DNA from: an uncultured Candidatus Saccharibacteria bacterium
GTDB taxonomy: Bacteria > Patescibacteriota > WWE3 > UBA101185 > UBA10185
Assembly: GCA_964540135.1 (NCBI GenBank)
Contig: CAZILK010000002.1
Location: forward strand, 33,074 to 97,073
Direction of reading: 5' to 3'
DNA: 64,000 nt
Shown: piece after piece, positions 28,881 to 38,038 of the stretch
How the letters are laid out: every line of letters begins with the position of its first letter
Position numbering within the stretch: the stretch's first letter is position 1
Notes under the pieces: model-generated
The model's input: only the letters and a program-made list of their open reading frames with translations
Database searches by the model: none
Told to the model about the DNA's origin: nothing
Program-made: the position numbers and the translations under genes

Positions 28881-30044
28881 CTAGTTAGTCGATTGGCTGA
28901 CTGAAATCCCTCCAAAGTCGGTATATATCAGTGAACCTTTTAGAGGACCTGAGGTGACTATAATATGTTCATATTCCTCTGGAGTTCCCCCATTTTCAAA
29001 AACTATAGATCCAGTTGAATATAACATCTCTCGTAGCTCATCTGGAGTGTAATCAGGAATTGAAGTTGAGAATGTTACAGAATTTCCAGCAGCTCCAAGT
29101 ATTCTAAAGTCAACCTTGACATGAGAACGCCCATTTGAATCAACTGCAGCTTCACCTATATCTACTAGCGATTCTGGTAACGCGTCAACTTGTTCTGGGC
29201 TTAAATGCGTACCAGCTATCGGCAAGTGCAACCTACCCTCATCATCAACGTACGCACCAGCTTCGTTCAGTATACTCATAACATCGTCTCTATCGTCTTC
29301 CCCAACTATCTTTTCCTGCAATCTAGTGAAAAAACTGTCCTCAGCTGGATCCGGTGTGTACTCTGCTACTGGGTGCAAGTCCAAAGTACTAGGCATAGAT
29401 ACACCATTTAATTCCGCAATTTCAACATAACCATATCCGACCATGCCACCCACATGAGTCCAAGCTTTAAAATCGTACCTATTTGGATATTTATTACTTG
29501 GAAGGACTATTAATAGATTACCTTCACTGGCTGCTCGTGCAATTTTTGTTGAAGACTCATCATCCAGCTCACCAGATACTGTAATACTTAATATGTGTTT
29601 TTCACCGCCTGGTTCTTCAAACTCAAGTCCTATTTCAGTTACTAGCGGATTACCAACATAATCTGAAGAGTGCATATGTTTAAAACTAACTTCAATAGGC
29701 AGTTCAAGAGAAAAATACCCATCTCCAGGTTTAATGACTTTTCGACTCAGCAATTCTTGTAAACCGTCGGTAAACACACCATCTCGTGACTGGGCTTCGC
29801 CATCAAAGCGCATTGAAGGCCTAGTATGATCGGCAAGAGGGTTAGGTACCTTGGCATTCTCAATCATCTCAGCCAAAGCTTCTTGTCTTTCTTCAAGAGG
29901 TATAGAGGACTCAGGCCTGATGCTTGTAACTGCATCTGCAACCTTGTTTTCACCATAGATGTACCCCCCGAGAGCCGCGGCTCCTCCTAGACTTGCTATA
30001 AATAGTGCTGCCTTAGCCTTATCAGCATTCGAAAATTCCGACAT
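28881..30044 (-). CDS. Hypothetical secreted/membrane-anchored acidic protein
   Basis: N-terminal hydrophobic helix, then a 360-aa acidic domain. Elevated GC. No catalytic motif recognised. Confidence 0.45.
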   Translation of the reverse strand: MSEFSNADKAKAALFIASLGGAAALGGYIYGENKVADAVTSIRPESSIPLEERQEALAEMIENAKVPNPLADHTRPSMRFDGEAQSRDGVFTDGLQELLSRKVIKPGDGYFSLELPIEVSFKHMHSSDYVGNPLVTEIGLEFEEPGGEKHILSITVSGELDDESSTKIARAASEGNLLIVLPSNKYPNRYDFKAWTHVGGMVGYGYVEIAELNGVSMPSTLDLHPVAEYTPDPAEDSFFTRLQEKIVGEDDRDDVMSILNEAGAYVDDEGRLHLPIAGTHLSPEQVDALPESLVDIGEAAVDSNGRSHVKVDFRILGAAGNSVTFSTSIPDYTPDELREMLYSTGSIVFENGGTPEEYEHIIVTSGPLKGSLIYTDFGGISVSQSTN

Positions 30045-30176
30045 ACTACTAAAACCTCCTTTAAAATAAAATGTATCAATTTAATTATATATAAAAAACA
30101 TAAAAAGCGAAAGCTGATTTGATTTAACCTATTATTCGACCTCTGAATTCTTAAACACATTAGAATTTCGAAATAG

Positions 30177-30767
30177 TTGGCTAAATATAAGCTAGAAAGG
30201 ATAAGCACACTTATTCTAGAAGTCCTGCTTGAATTCAACTACAATCCATATATGACAACGCTTGGTCACATAACATCATCATATATACTAGCTAATGCCT
30301 CAAGACTTGTAGGAGTCAGTCCAACAGATAGTGAGATTCTAATTACAGTACTTGCAGGTAATATACTTGATCTTGATGTAATTGCCGGTGTATTGCTCAA
30401 AAAACGAGGCGATGAACACCACAACTTCATAACACACTCGCCTTTTGGTGCACTTCTTATCTATATCCCTATCGCAGTATTACTTGCCTACTTTGAAAAT
30501 TACTTCCTTCTTATTTTAATACCCCTCGCATTCCTCTTACACTTGGTACTTGATGACATAAGTTACTGGTTTTACCGTTTTGGATTTCAACAAATTAGCA
30601 AATATCCCCAAATAAATTGGCTGTATCCTGTCAGAAAAGGACGAACTGACAATTGGTCCCCATCCAATAGATACGCAATCATCACCTACTTTAAAAAAGC
30701 TCGAGTAAATGTTGCTATTGAGCTTATTTTTTTAGTAGTTGCAGTATTACTTTTTATCTATAGCTGA
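30177..30767 (+). CDS. Membrane-bound metal-dependent hydrolase-like protein (DUF457/YdjM-like), tentative
   Basis: Polytopic membrane protein with His/Asp-rich loops ('GDEHHNFITHSPF'). Confidence 0.35.
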   Translation: MAKYKLERISTLILEVLLEFNYNPYMTTLGHITSSYILANASRLVGVSPTDSEILITVLAGNILDLDVIAGVLLKKRGDEHHNFITHSPFGALLIYIPIAVLLAYFENYFLLILIPLAFLLHLVLDDISYWFYRFGFQQISKYPQINWLYPVRKGRTDNWSPSNRYAIITYFKKARVNVAIELIFLVVAVLLFIYS

Positions 30768-30804
30768 TTCTCAAATTAAGCATAGACTGCAGAGCAGTCT
30801 GGGT

Positions 30805-31674
30805 ATGGAAGTAAATATCGATTTGTTTTACAATCCTCAAATGAGTACCCTCGGAACAAGAGAAGATAATATTCAAATTGGCAATATAATTTCCTCAAAT
30901 TACGGACTTACAATAAGCTTTATTGAGCTTATCAGCTGGGGCTATACGACAAATTGCTTCTATATAAAAACAGATGAGGGAGATTTTGTTGCGCGTGTTT
31001 CTGATTTTAGTGAAGAGAAAGTACTAGATATTAAACGAGATATGCTCATCTCAAGTGTACTAGGAAGTGAGTTTTTACTGCCAACATTTCTTAAAACAAC
31101 CAATGAAGAAGATCTTGTAACCTTTACAGATCTTGATAACAAAAAAAGACTGCTTAGGATATCCGATCACAAAGAAGGAGTCATGCCTTTTGCTCTTGAT
31201 GAAGAGCTACTTATTAAAATAACTGAATATCTTTACAAGTTACATAATACTGTCCCTGTAACCGCACTTAACCAGCTCCGCGACTCGGAACTGGTCCCAA
31301 GCATCTCAAGTCCCCATCAAGTACTACTACATGGAGATTTAACACCGTCAAATGTACTTGTTGCACATGGGGAGATTGTTAGAGTTGTGGACTTTGAAAT
31401 GGCACACTTTGGTCCCCCAGAGTATGATCTTGCCAAAACCGCACTCTTTTCTTGGTTTTACTTAAATAAAAAAGAATTTACAGAGATTACTGAAATAGTA
31501 ACAAGAGCATATGCAAAGAATTTAAACAAAGACCTGCTTAATGAATACTCTAAAACACATCTCAAAACGCATCTAGATAATATTTTAGCTCATGAGGGTT
31601 CTTATCAGAATCCTGCAGATTTCCAAAGAGATGTAACCTTCACCAAATCTATGCTCTCACGCCTCCTGAGTTAA
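30805..31674 (+). CDS. Aminoglycoside-phosphotransferase/choline-kinase-like (APH-fold) kinase
   Basis: Catalytic loop 'LLHGDLTPSNVLV' (HGDxxxxN) and metal-binding 'VVDFEMAHFG' (DFE). Confidence 0.6.
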   Translation: MEVNIDLFYNPQMSTLGTREDNIQIGNIISSNYGLTISFIELISWGYTTNCFYIKTDEGDFVARVSDFSEEKVLDIKRDMLISSVLGSEFLLPTFLKTTNEEDLVTFTDLDNKKRLLRISDHKEGVMPFALDEELLIKITEYLYKLHNTVPVTALNQLRDSELVPSISSPHQVLLHGDLTPSNVLVAHGEIVRVVDFEMAHFGPPEYDLAKTALFSWFYLNKKEFTEITEIVTRAYAKNLNKDLLNEYSKTHLKTHLDNILAHEGSYQNPADFQRDVTFTKSMLSRLLS

Positions 31675-33204
31675 TCTTAGAGGCTGGTCTTGCATAAACT
31701 TAAGTCCAAGCTTAACTGCCGTCTCAGCCTTTGCTAACTGGCGTCCTAAGTCTGCTGCTGCACCAAGATCTGAAATCAACATATCCTTTATTGCAAGAGC
31801 ACACATATCTCTTGCAACTTTTGGTTTAGTCCCGTCTTCAACAAACTCAGCAAGCTTAGTGCTTCCTTCGGGGTTAAAAAACTTCAAAACAATATCTTTA
31901 CCATTTAACTCAACAGTGTAGTAGCCTCTTGGATCCCATTGGCAGGTTCTTCCTGTATTGTCATTGTCTTTCACAATCTTTAAACTATCGCTCCAATCAG
32001 TATCATAGATTTCAGCTATATGAGACACTGTTGTTAGAACCCCCATATCTTGGCCAATTTCAACAGCTAGTCTCTGCTGTAAAGTTCTTAATGCAAAAGC
32101 ATTAAGAGGCCATGCTCCATAAATATCATTGTTGCGAAAAACACAAGTCATATTGAGCTTTCCTTCGATACATTGGGCTAGTATCATCACAAGACAAGGT
32201 ACTTTCCATCCTTTTGTTTGCCCATCTGCTTTGATTTCAGTCTTTTTTGGCGGAAAATTATCAATATGCGGTTTCCAAAGTACTGCCAGTGCCCCCCTGT
32301 CATAAGGATATCTTGTTAACTTCTCAGCCATCTGTTTATATTGATCAACCTTGTCCCAAGTAAAAATACGCTCACCATATGTATATGCTTGCCCTTGTAA
32401 ATCAATATCAAAAAATCCCTTAATGTATAAATCTAACCCCTCTTTACCAAAATTTAAAAACTCCGGTAATACTGGGGTGGTTGGATCTTCTTTTTCAACA
32501 ACAATACTTAGGTTATGAACCTCTTTAACATTTGAATACATTCCGGGAACTTCGACCCCAAATCTGTTAATAACTTTAAGTGCATCTATCCATGCATCAG
32601 AAATTGTTTCTCTTCTAATTTTAAAAACTGAGGTGTCTGACGGAAATTTAGAAATCACTTCTTGTTTTGGTTCAGGAAATAAAATAGGTTTTGCAAAAGC
32701 TTCTTTTTGAACAAAAGTTTTTGTTAATTCTTTAATTTTAGTAAGAGGTTGCATTCTTAAGTCAAAGATCTCCACAGCCTGCTTAAGATCAGAAAGAGCC
32801 TCCGGAGTAAATTCTTTATCCAATAATGCTTCGGGATCGCCGTTAATTGAGAAGCCTTTTCGATCACCGCTTTCACCAAAACATTCGGTGAAACCATTGG
32901 CAAAAAACTTTAAAAGCGCGTCCCCACTCCCCTGTCGATCAACTCCACAAAGAACAATATAGCGGATTGTTGGATTTGCAAAAATATTTCGAAACATCGG
33001 ATTTATTCCGCGTTTAGTATAAAGCTGACCACACGCACAGTAATCAACCCCGTCTTTATCCAACACATCTGCAACGCTTTCTTTTGGCATCCACAAAGTC
33101 GCAATACCAATATTGGAGGCTTTGTTTTTTATAATCAAGGCATCTTTAAAATAGATCGGCCAGTTGGCAATTTTCTCTGCATCACTAACAGTTAATAAGT
33201 CCAT
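31657..33204 (-). CDS. Thymidylate-synthase-fold enzyme (ThyA/dUMP-C5-modifying family) with a ~200-aa N-terminal domain of unknown function
   Basis: The C-terminal half aligns by eye to E. coli ThyA. 'RGALAVLWKP' matches RRIIVSAWN. 'VPCLVMILAQCIEGKLNMTCVFRNNDIYGAWPLNAFAL' matches the APCH...QRSCDVFLGLPFNIASY region. The nucleophile Cys and the uracil-specifying Asn are present. The N-terminal 200 aa are unrelated to ThyA. Confidence 0.65.
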   Translation of the reverse strand: MDLLTVSDAEKIANWPIYFKDALIIKNKASNIGIATLWMPKESVADVLDKDGVDYCACGQLYTKRGINPMFRNIFANPTIRYIVLCGVDRQGSGDALLKFFANGFTECFGESGDRKGFSINGDPEALLDKEFTPEALSDLKQAVEIFDLRMQPLTKIKELTKTFVQKEAFAKPILFPEPKQEVISKFPSDTSVFKIRRETISDAWIDALKVINRFGVEVPGMYSNVKEVHNLSIVVEKEDPTTPVLPEFLNFGKEGLDLYIKGFFDIDLQGQAYTYGERIFTWDKVDQYKQMAEKLTRYPYDRGALAVLWKPHIDNFPPKKTEIKADGQTKGWKVPCLVMILAQCIEGKLNMTCVFRNNDIYGAWPLNAFALRTLQQRLAVEIGQDMGVLTTVSHIAEIYDTDWSDSLKIVKDNDNTGRTCQWDPRGYYTVELNGKDIVLKFFNPEGSTKLAEFVEDGTKPKVARDMCALAIKDMLISDLGAAADLGRQLAKAETAVKLGLKFMQDQPLRLTQEA

Positions 33205-33659
33205 TTATCCCCCCAAACTTCCTCACCTGCTATTTTTATAACCTCAATATTATTTGACTTGAAAAGACTTAGAGAAGCGTTGCCGTCATTTATATAGTCA
33301 GTCATGTAATAAAGTTTTGAGATACTTGCTTTAACGAGAAGTCTTGCACAGGCGGGACATGGGAACGTTGTCACATAAATCTCAGTTCCCTTAAGACTTA
33401 TCCCCTTCGCTGCGGCTTGACCTACAACCGATGCTTCTGCATGAATAGAACATGTAATCTCAGGACATCTCCCGGCTGTCAGTTCTCTTTCCCTCCTATC
33501 ACAAACTCCCTTTTGACAATATATCTCTCCGGGAAGAGTTTCGTTAAAGCTGGTGAGAATTTTAGTACCATCTCTCACAACAATACAGCCAACTTTATGA
33601 AAACAAAGCGAGTTATCACACAGGAGACAGGCAGATTTCATTATTTCTTTAGGCAGCAT
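33192..33659 (-). CDS. Deoxycytidylate (dCMP) deaminase, ComEB-like
   Basis: Zinc motifs 'HAEASVV' (H-A-E) and 'PCPACARLL' (PCxxC). It is ~155 aa, typical of dCMP deaminases. Overlaps the ThyA-like gene by 13 nt. Confidence 0.8.
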   Translation of the reverse strand: MLPKEIMKSACLLCDNSLCFHKVGCIVVRDGTKILTSFNETLPGEIYCQKGVCDRRERELTAGRCPEITCSIHAEASVVGQAAAKGISLKGTEIYVTTFPCPACARLLVKASISKLYYMTDYINDGNASLSLFKSNNIEVIKIAGEEVWGDKWTY

Positions 33660-33661
33660 AA

Positions 33662-34861
33662 TTATTTTTTAAGTTTTGGCTCTTCGGCGAGGATTTTATG
33701 ATACTTCTCCTCATCCATACATTCTTTAAATATTTGCTTAACTTTAAGTCCTGCTAACTTATCGATTATACCAGAGGACGAGGTATTGAATGCCTGTCTT
33801 TTTCCAAGTACCACCTGCCCTTTATAGGACTTAACAAGCTTATACTCTTTACTCTTCTTATATCCATTGTTCCAGCTCTCATCAACAGTATAAAACGCAT
33901 CTGGTTTTAGCTCTCTTAAGCACTCAAGGATCGGGCCTCCATCAAAGATTACAACGTAATCAACTGGATCTAAATGGCACAGAGTATATGCACGTGAGAA
34001 CTGTGAAATAATTGGCCTACCTATCCCCTTTGTATACCGAATAACATCATCAGAAGGTATGCCAACAACAAGTATGTCTCCGCACAAGCCCGCTTGCTCA
34101 ACAAACCTTGCATGACCAATATGGAATAAATCAAACCCCCCTGCAACAAATGAGATCTTTTTATTCCTGTGAAGCTTACGAATCTTACTAAGACTATCTA
34201 TGCCAACAACAGACATTGTTGGATCGTAAGCTTTCTTGGAAGATGGAGTTTGAGGTCCAAAGTCTGCAGGGCGTAAATCCTCGCCAGGAGTTAACGAAAA
34301 ATTCCTCACTTTTTCTTTTAAATAATATTCTAAAATCTGAATAACTCTGATATTTGCTATATGCTCAATAAGATCAGTTGTGCTGTAGTACGGTTTATGA
34401 ACTGGAGCAATTATAATTTTTGTTTTGGTCATTTTAGTAACTTCTTTATCTGTTGCACTACGAATACCGGTGTCCCAGCTAAGTTCTACTGTATAAAAAA
34501 TATCAGGCTTTAATAAAAGCACGACATCATATGGATTTTTTTCATCAACCGAAACTACATAATCTACAACTTTTAAAAAAGTGAGAAGTTCTTTTCTTAT
34601 CTCTTCCGAGATTAGTGGGAACTCAGAACCTTTTGCTTTTTCTGAAAAATCTGTTGATACTCCAACAACCAGAATGTCTCCCTGTGCTTTAGCTTCAGCC
34701 AAATACCTGCATTGCCCGGGGTGTAAAAGGTTGTATGAACCGATTGTGAAAACAATCTTTTTGTTTTGTTTTTTTAATTTTGTTGATAACTGTGGAAGCT
34801 GAGAGAGATCAAGTAGTTTTGTTTTACGTGTTAAATGATTTTTAAGCTTGGTTTTGTACAC
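33662..34861 (-). CDS. Tandem cytidylyltransferase-like (two CTP_transf_like domains) protein
   Basis: Domain 2 has the canonical 'GGFDLFHIGHARF' HxGH. Domain 1 is degenerate ('IGSYNLLHPGQ'). The two-domain layout is like ECT/TagD-type cytidylyltransferases. Confidence 0.6.
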   Translation of the reverse strand: MYKTKLKNHLTRKTKLLDLSQLPQLSTKLKKQNKKIVFTIGSYNLLHPGQCRYLAEAKAQGDILVVGVSTDFSEKAKGSEFPLISEEIRKELLTFLKVVDYVVSVDEKNPYDVVLLLKPDIFYTVELSWDTGIRSATDKEVTKMTKTKIIIAPVHKPYYSTTDLIEHIANIRVIQILEYYLKEKVRNFSLTPGEDLRPADFGPQTPSSKKAYDPTMSVVGIDSLSKIRKLHRNKKISFVAGGFDLFHIGHARFVEQAGLCGDILVVGIPSDDVIRYTKGIGRPIISQFSRAYTLCHLDPVDYVVIFDGGPILECLRELKPDAFYTVDESWNNGYKKSKEYKLVKSYKGQVVLGKRQAFNTSSSGIIDKLAGLKVKQIFKECMDEEKYHKILAEEPKLKK

Positions 34862-34904
34862 AGTGGGGATTATTATATATAATAACTTTTGTTTATCAAT
34901 AATT

Positions 34905-35402
34905 ATGAAACAAACTAAAGACCCTTATTCGAATGAAGCTCAGATGACTGCACGAATCGGGAACGAGTGGTACGATACTATCTCCTCAACAGTTACAAAA
35001 TGCCCTTTTTGTGATTTGAAAGCTAAATATCTTGTTAAAGACTGGGACAACTGCGTACTTACTGTTAATACTTTCCCTTACATTGATGGCCACCTGATGG
35101 TTGTTCCAAAAAGACATGTTGAACGGTTAACTGATCTAAACAAAAAGGAGTGGGCAGAAGCGCAAGAACTTTTATCAAAAGGGATGGATGTTTTGCGTAA
35201 ACATTTTGAGTATGTTGACTTCAATATACTGTACAGAGAAGGCGGCAAAGACTCAGGTTCAAGCCTTAAACACCTCCACATTCACATTATCCCAACACGA
35301 GGCCTATTAACGTATCGACTTGGTGGTTTTAATTTTGACTTTCAAAAGATCAACTTCCCGCCAGTAGAAACTGCTGATAAATTACGACAGTTGTACAACT
35401 GA
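34905..35402 (+). CDS. HIT-superfamily protein, GalT/Ap4A-phosphorylase-like branch
   Basis: Zinc knuckle 'CPFC' and the histidine motif 'HLHIHII'. Confidence 0.55.
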   Translation: MKQTKDPYSNEAQMTARIGNEWYDTISSTVTKCPFCDLKAKYLVKDWDNCVLTVNTFPYIDGHLMVVPKRHVERLTDLNKKEWAEAQELLSKGMDVLRKHFEYVDFNILYREGGKDSGSSLKHLHIHIIPTRGLLTYRLGGFNFDFQKINFPPVETADKLRQLYN

Positions 35403-35409
35403 GTTATGG

Positions 35410-36444
35410 CTAGAACTCTCCTACTCTAACAATTTCCTCAATCAAATCTAACCCTAGTTTGTTTTTAGCGGTTTCTTTTACAAATTCGATTAAACTTGCG
35501 TAATCTCTAGCAGTAGCACCAGGATGTGTGATAATAAAATTAGCATGTGTTTCACAAATCTGAACTCCTCCAATTTTATAGCCTTTTAAGTTTAAAACTT
35601 TATCGATGATGTAACCTGTAGATAGATTGTCAAGAGAACAAGAGGCCTTTTGTTCCTCAGTTATATTTCTAAAAATTGAACCAATGGAATTCTTTGGCTG
35701 AAGTGTTTTTTGCGCTATCCATTTATTAGCAACTTCCCTAGCCTTTTGCTTATCTCCCAAAAACAACACAAATGTAGCTGACAAAATATAATCTCCAGTA
35801 CTATGAAATATAGTGTCATAATAATTGAGCCCGAGTTCTTCTCTTTTGAGAATTTTTCTTTCCCCGCTTTTTGTTAGAATTTCAACTTCTTCTAAAAATT
35901 GTCCGATTAACCACTTGGCACCGTGAATATTATTCCAAACAGCACCGCCAATTGTTCCAGGTATTCCAGCAAACACCTCAAGTCCGCAAGCGCCATGCTC
36001 AATACAGTAACTAATGGCATAGGATAGTGGTGTACCACTAAGAATGTTGACTCGTATGCCCTCACTTGTAGGAGAGATATCTATACCTTTAAGATCCAGA
36101 AACCCTGGCATCCAGTGACTTTCTTCTTTTTTTGCCTCCCCTGTTTGGTTGAAATCAATTCTAACTTTATCTAAGAGCTCAATACCTGTACAAGAGTTTT
36201 TAATAACAAGGCCTCTAAACCCTTTATCCCCAATTAAGGTGTTAGATCCTCCGCCCAATACAAACAAAGGGATGTTGTTTTCTCGTGAGAAATTAATAGC
36301 AGGGGCAATATCTTCAATATTAGTTATGTTTATAAAGAGATCAGCAGGCCCACCTATCTTTAAAGTTGAGTATTTTGCAAGAGATTCGTTTTCAAAGACT
36401 TGAATTGATACAAGCTTCTGGAGCTTGCTAACATTATTTGTCAT
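35410..36444 (-). CDS. murB: UDP-N-acetylenolpyruvoylglucosamine reductase
   Basis: FAD-binding PCMH domain with 'LKIGGPAD' and 'VLGGGSNTL', followed by a C-terminal MurB substrate domain. Confidence 0.85.
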   Translation of the reverse strand: MTNNVSKLQKLVSIQVFENESLAKYSTLKIGGPADLFINITNIEDIAPAINFSRENNIPLFVLGGGSNTLIGDKGFRGLVIKNSCTGIELLDKVRIDFNQTGEAKKEESHWMPGFLDLKGIDISPTSEGIRVNILSGTPLSYAISYCIEHGACGLEVFAGIPGTIGGAVWNNIHGAKWLIGQFLEEVEILTKSGERKILKREELGLNYYDTIFHSTGDYILSATFVLFLGDKQKAREVANKWIAQKTLQPKNSIGSIFRNITEEQKASCSLDNLSTGYIIDKVLNLKGYKIGGVQICETHANFIITHPGATARDYASLIEFVKETAKNKLGLDLIEEIVRVGEF

Positions 36445-36706
36445 AGCATCAGAATGCGACTTAACTACTTGAGACAGGAGAATCTCCGCTTGAGGTCCCA
36501 GATGTTAGAACAGCTGAGTCCTTTATAACAATATCATCTCCCGGCTCTTGTAAGTTCAATATAGTCTCCTCCAACTCTAGTATAGCCCAAGCCGCTTTCT
36601 TTGCAGCAGCCCAAAGATCATCGGTAGCTAATTTGGGCTCTTCTTGTATTCCCTGTTCCGTTGCAAGATTTTCCATATTTAGTTCTTTCTTTGAGCAGAA
36701 TTCTAA

Positions 36707-38017
36707 CTATATACTTGTTATATCCGCACCAAGTTTACTATAAACATTGATGATATCTGGATATCTTCTTTTTAAAATATCGACACCGTGAATTTTCGTC
36801 TCAACTTTATCACAAAGACTCGCTAAAAACACTGCTTTGCATGCCTGAATAACTTCTGGTACAACAACATCACCTCCGTGAAATTTCACAGGGCCGTGAA
36901 CTATAATCTTCTGGGAATCTAATACATCAATTGTGGCTCCCATGTCTTTTAAGTTGTATACAAATCTAAGACCGGACTCATACATCCAGTTGTTTATAAG
37001 AAGCCTACCCTTTGTCCTAGAGGCTAAAGTTACAACAACAGGCAATACATCAACGGGAAAAGCGGGCCACGGACCTGGATTTAATTTAGGTAAATCGCTA
37101 TCCGCCATTGGAAAACCTGAATTTATCGTATCTATTTCCAAATCCCCTGTTCCATCAATTAACAGATCAGAACCTTTAACTGTAAGTCCTATTCCAAATT
37201 TTGAAAATATATTAACTAACCCTCCTGAAATGTGTGTCTCACCACCACCAAGAACTGTTATCTTACCTCTTGTAACAGCTGCAGCTACAATAAAGCCACC
37301 TATATCAACAAAGTCCGGCTCAGGAATAAATGTTGCTCCTTTTAAATTGGTAGAACCGTGAATAACTAGTTTATTCGACCCTATACCCTCAATAGTTGCT
37401 CCCATATCAACAAGGAGTTTACTGAGCTGAACAACATGTGGTTCGCATGCAGCATTAATTAATGTTGTTTTTGCATCAAGACCTGCTAAATACATGAGTA
37501 GATTTTCGGTAGCTGTAACACTCGGTTCCGTTTGCCATATCGTTAAAGGCTCTGTACGAGGCTGTGCCGGTGCTTTAAACACAACACTATCTTCGTGATA
37601 TTCAATGGAAACACCAGCTTTAGTAAACACCTCAATATGAGCTGCAATAGATCTTTTCCCAAGAGTGCATCCTCCAGGAAGAGGTATCTTCGCCTGTTTA
37701 AAACGATTTAGAAGCGGACCAACGAACACTATGGAAGTTCTAATTAAGCTACCAAGCTCGTGATCAACTTCAAAAGTTGTTAAGTTATCAGCGGTAATAG
37801 TTACATCTGGAAGATTTTTCTCAACCTTTGCACCAAGAAGTGCAGCCATCTCAAGCATTTTTGAAACATCAGTTGTATCGGGAAAGTTTTTACAGAAAAC
37901 AGGTTCTTTTGTGAGAAGACTTGCAGAAATGACTTTAATAATTGCGTTTTTGTTTGGAATTGGCTCAACAGTTCCGTTTAGTGCTATTCCACCATTTACG
38001 ATAATTGAGTTTGACAC
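36707..38017 (-). CDS. murA: UDP-N-acetylglucosamine 1-carboxyvinyltransferase
   Basis: EPT-family fold. N-terminal 'IVNGGIALNGTV' matches the MurA start. 436 aa. Confidence 0.85.
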   Translation of the reverse strand: MSNSIIVNGGIALNGTVEPIPNKNAIIKVISASLLTKEPVFCKNFPDTTDVSKMLEMAALLGAKVEKNLPDVTITADNLTTFEVDHELGSLIRTSIVFVGPLLNRFKQAKIPLPGGCTLGKRSIAAHIEVFTKAGVSIEYHEDSVVFKAPAQPRTEPLTIWQTEPSVTATENLLMYLAGLDAKTTLINAACEPHVVQLSKLLVDMGATIEGIGSNKLVIHGSTNLKGATFIPEPDFVDIGGFIVAAAVTRGKITVLGGGETHISGGLVNIFSKFGIGLTVKGSDLLIDGTGDLEIDTINSGFPMADSDLPKLNPGPWPAFPVDVLPVVVTLASRTKGRLLINNWMYESGLRFVYNLKDMGATIDVLDSQKIIVHGPVKFHGGDVVVPEVIQACKAVFLASLCDKVETKIHGVDILKRRYPDIINVYSKLGADITSI

Positions 38018-38038
38018 AAATTCATTTTAACACCTCTG

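Noticed and set aside
31657-32300. Naming the N-terminal domain of the ThyA-like protein as MtrA-like or DUF4346
   Set aside because: This rests only on a vague recollection of such fusions. No diagnostic motif could be confirmed from sequence alone, so the domain is left as 'unknown function'.
36461-36676. 71-aa ORF between murA and murB
   Set aside because: Small acidic ORF with no motif. It could be a real micro-protein, but the evidence is insufficient. The region may simply be the murB 5' UTR or promoter.
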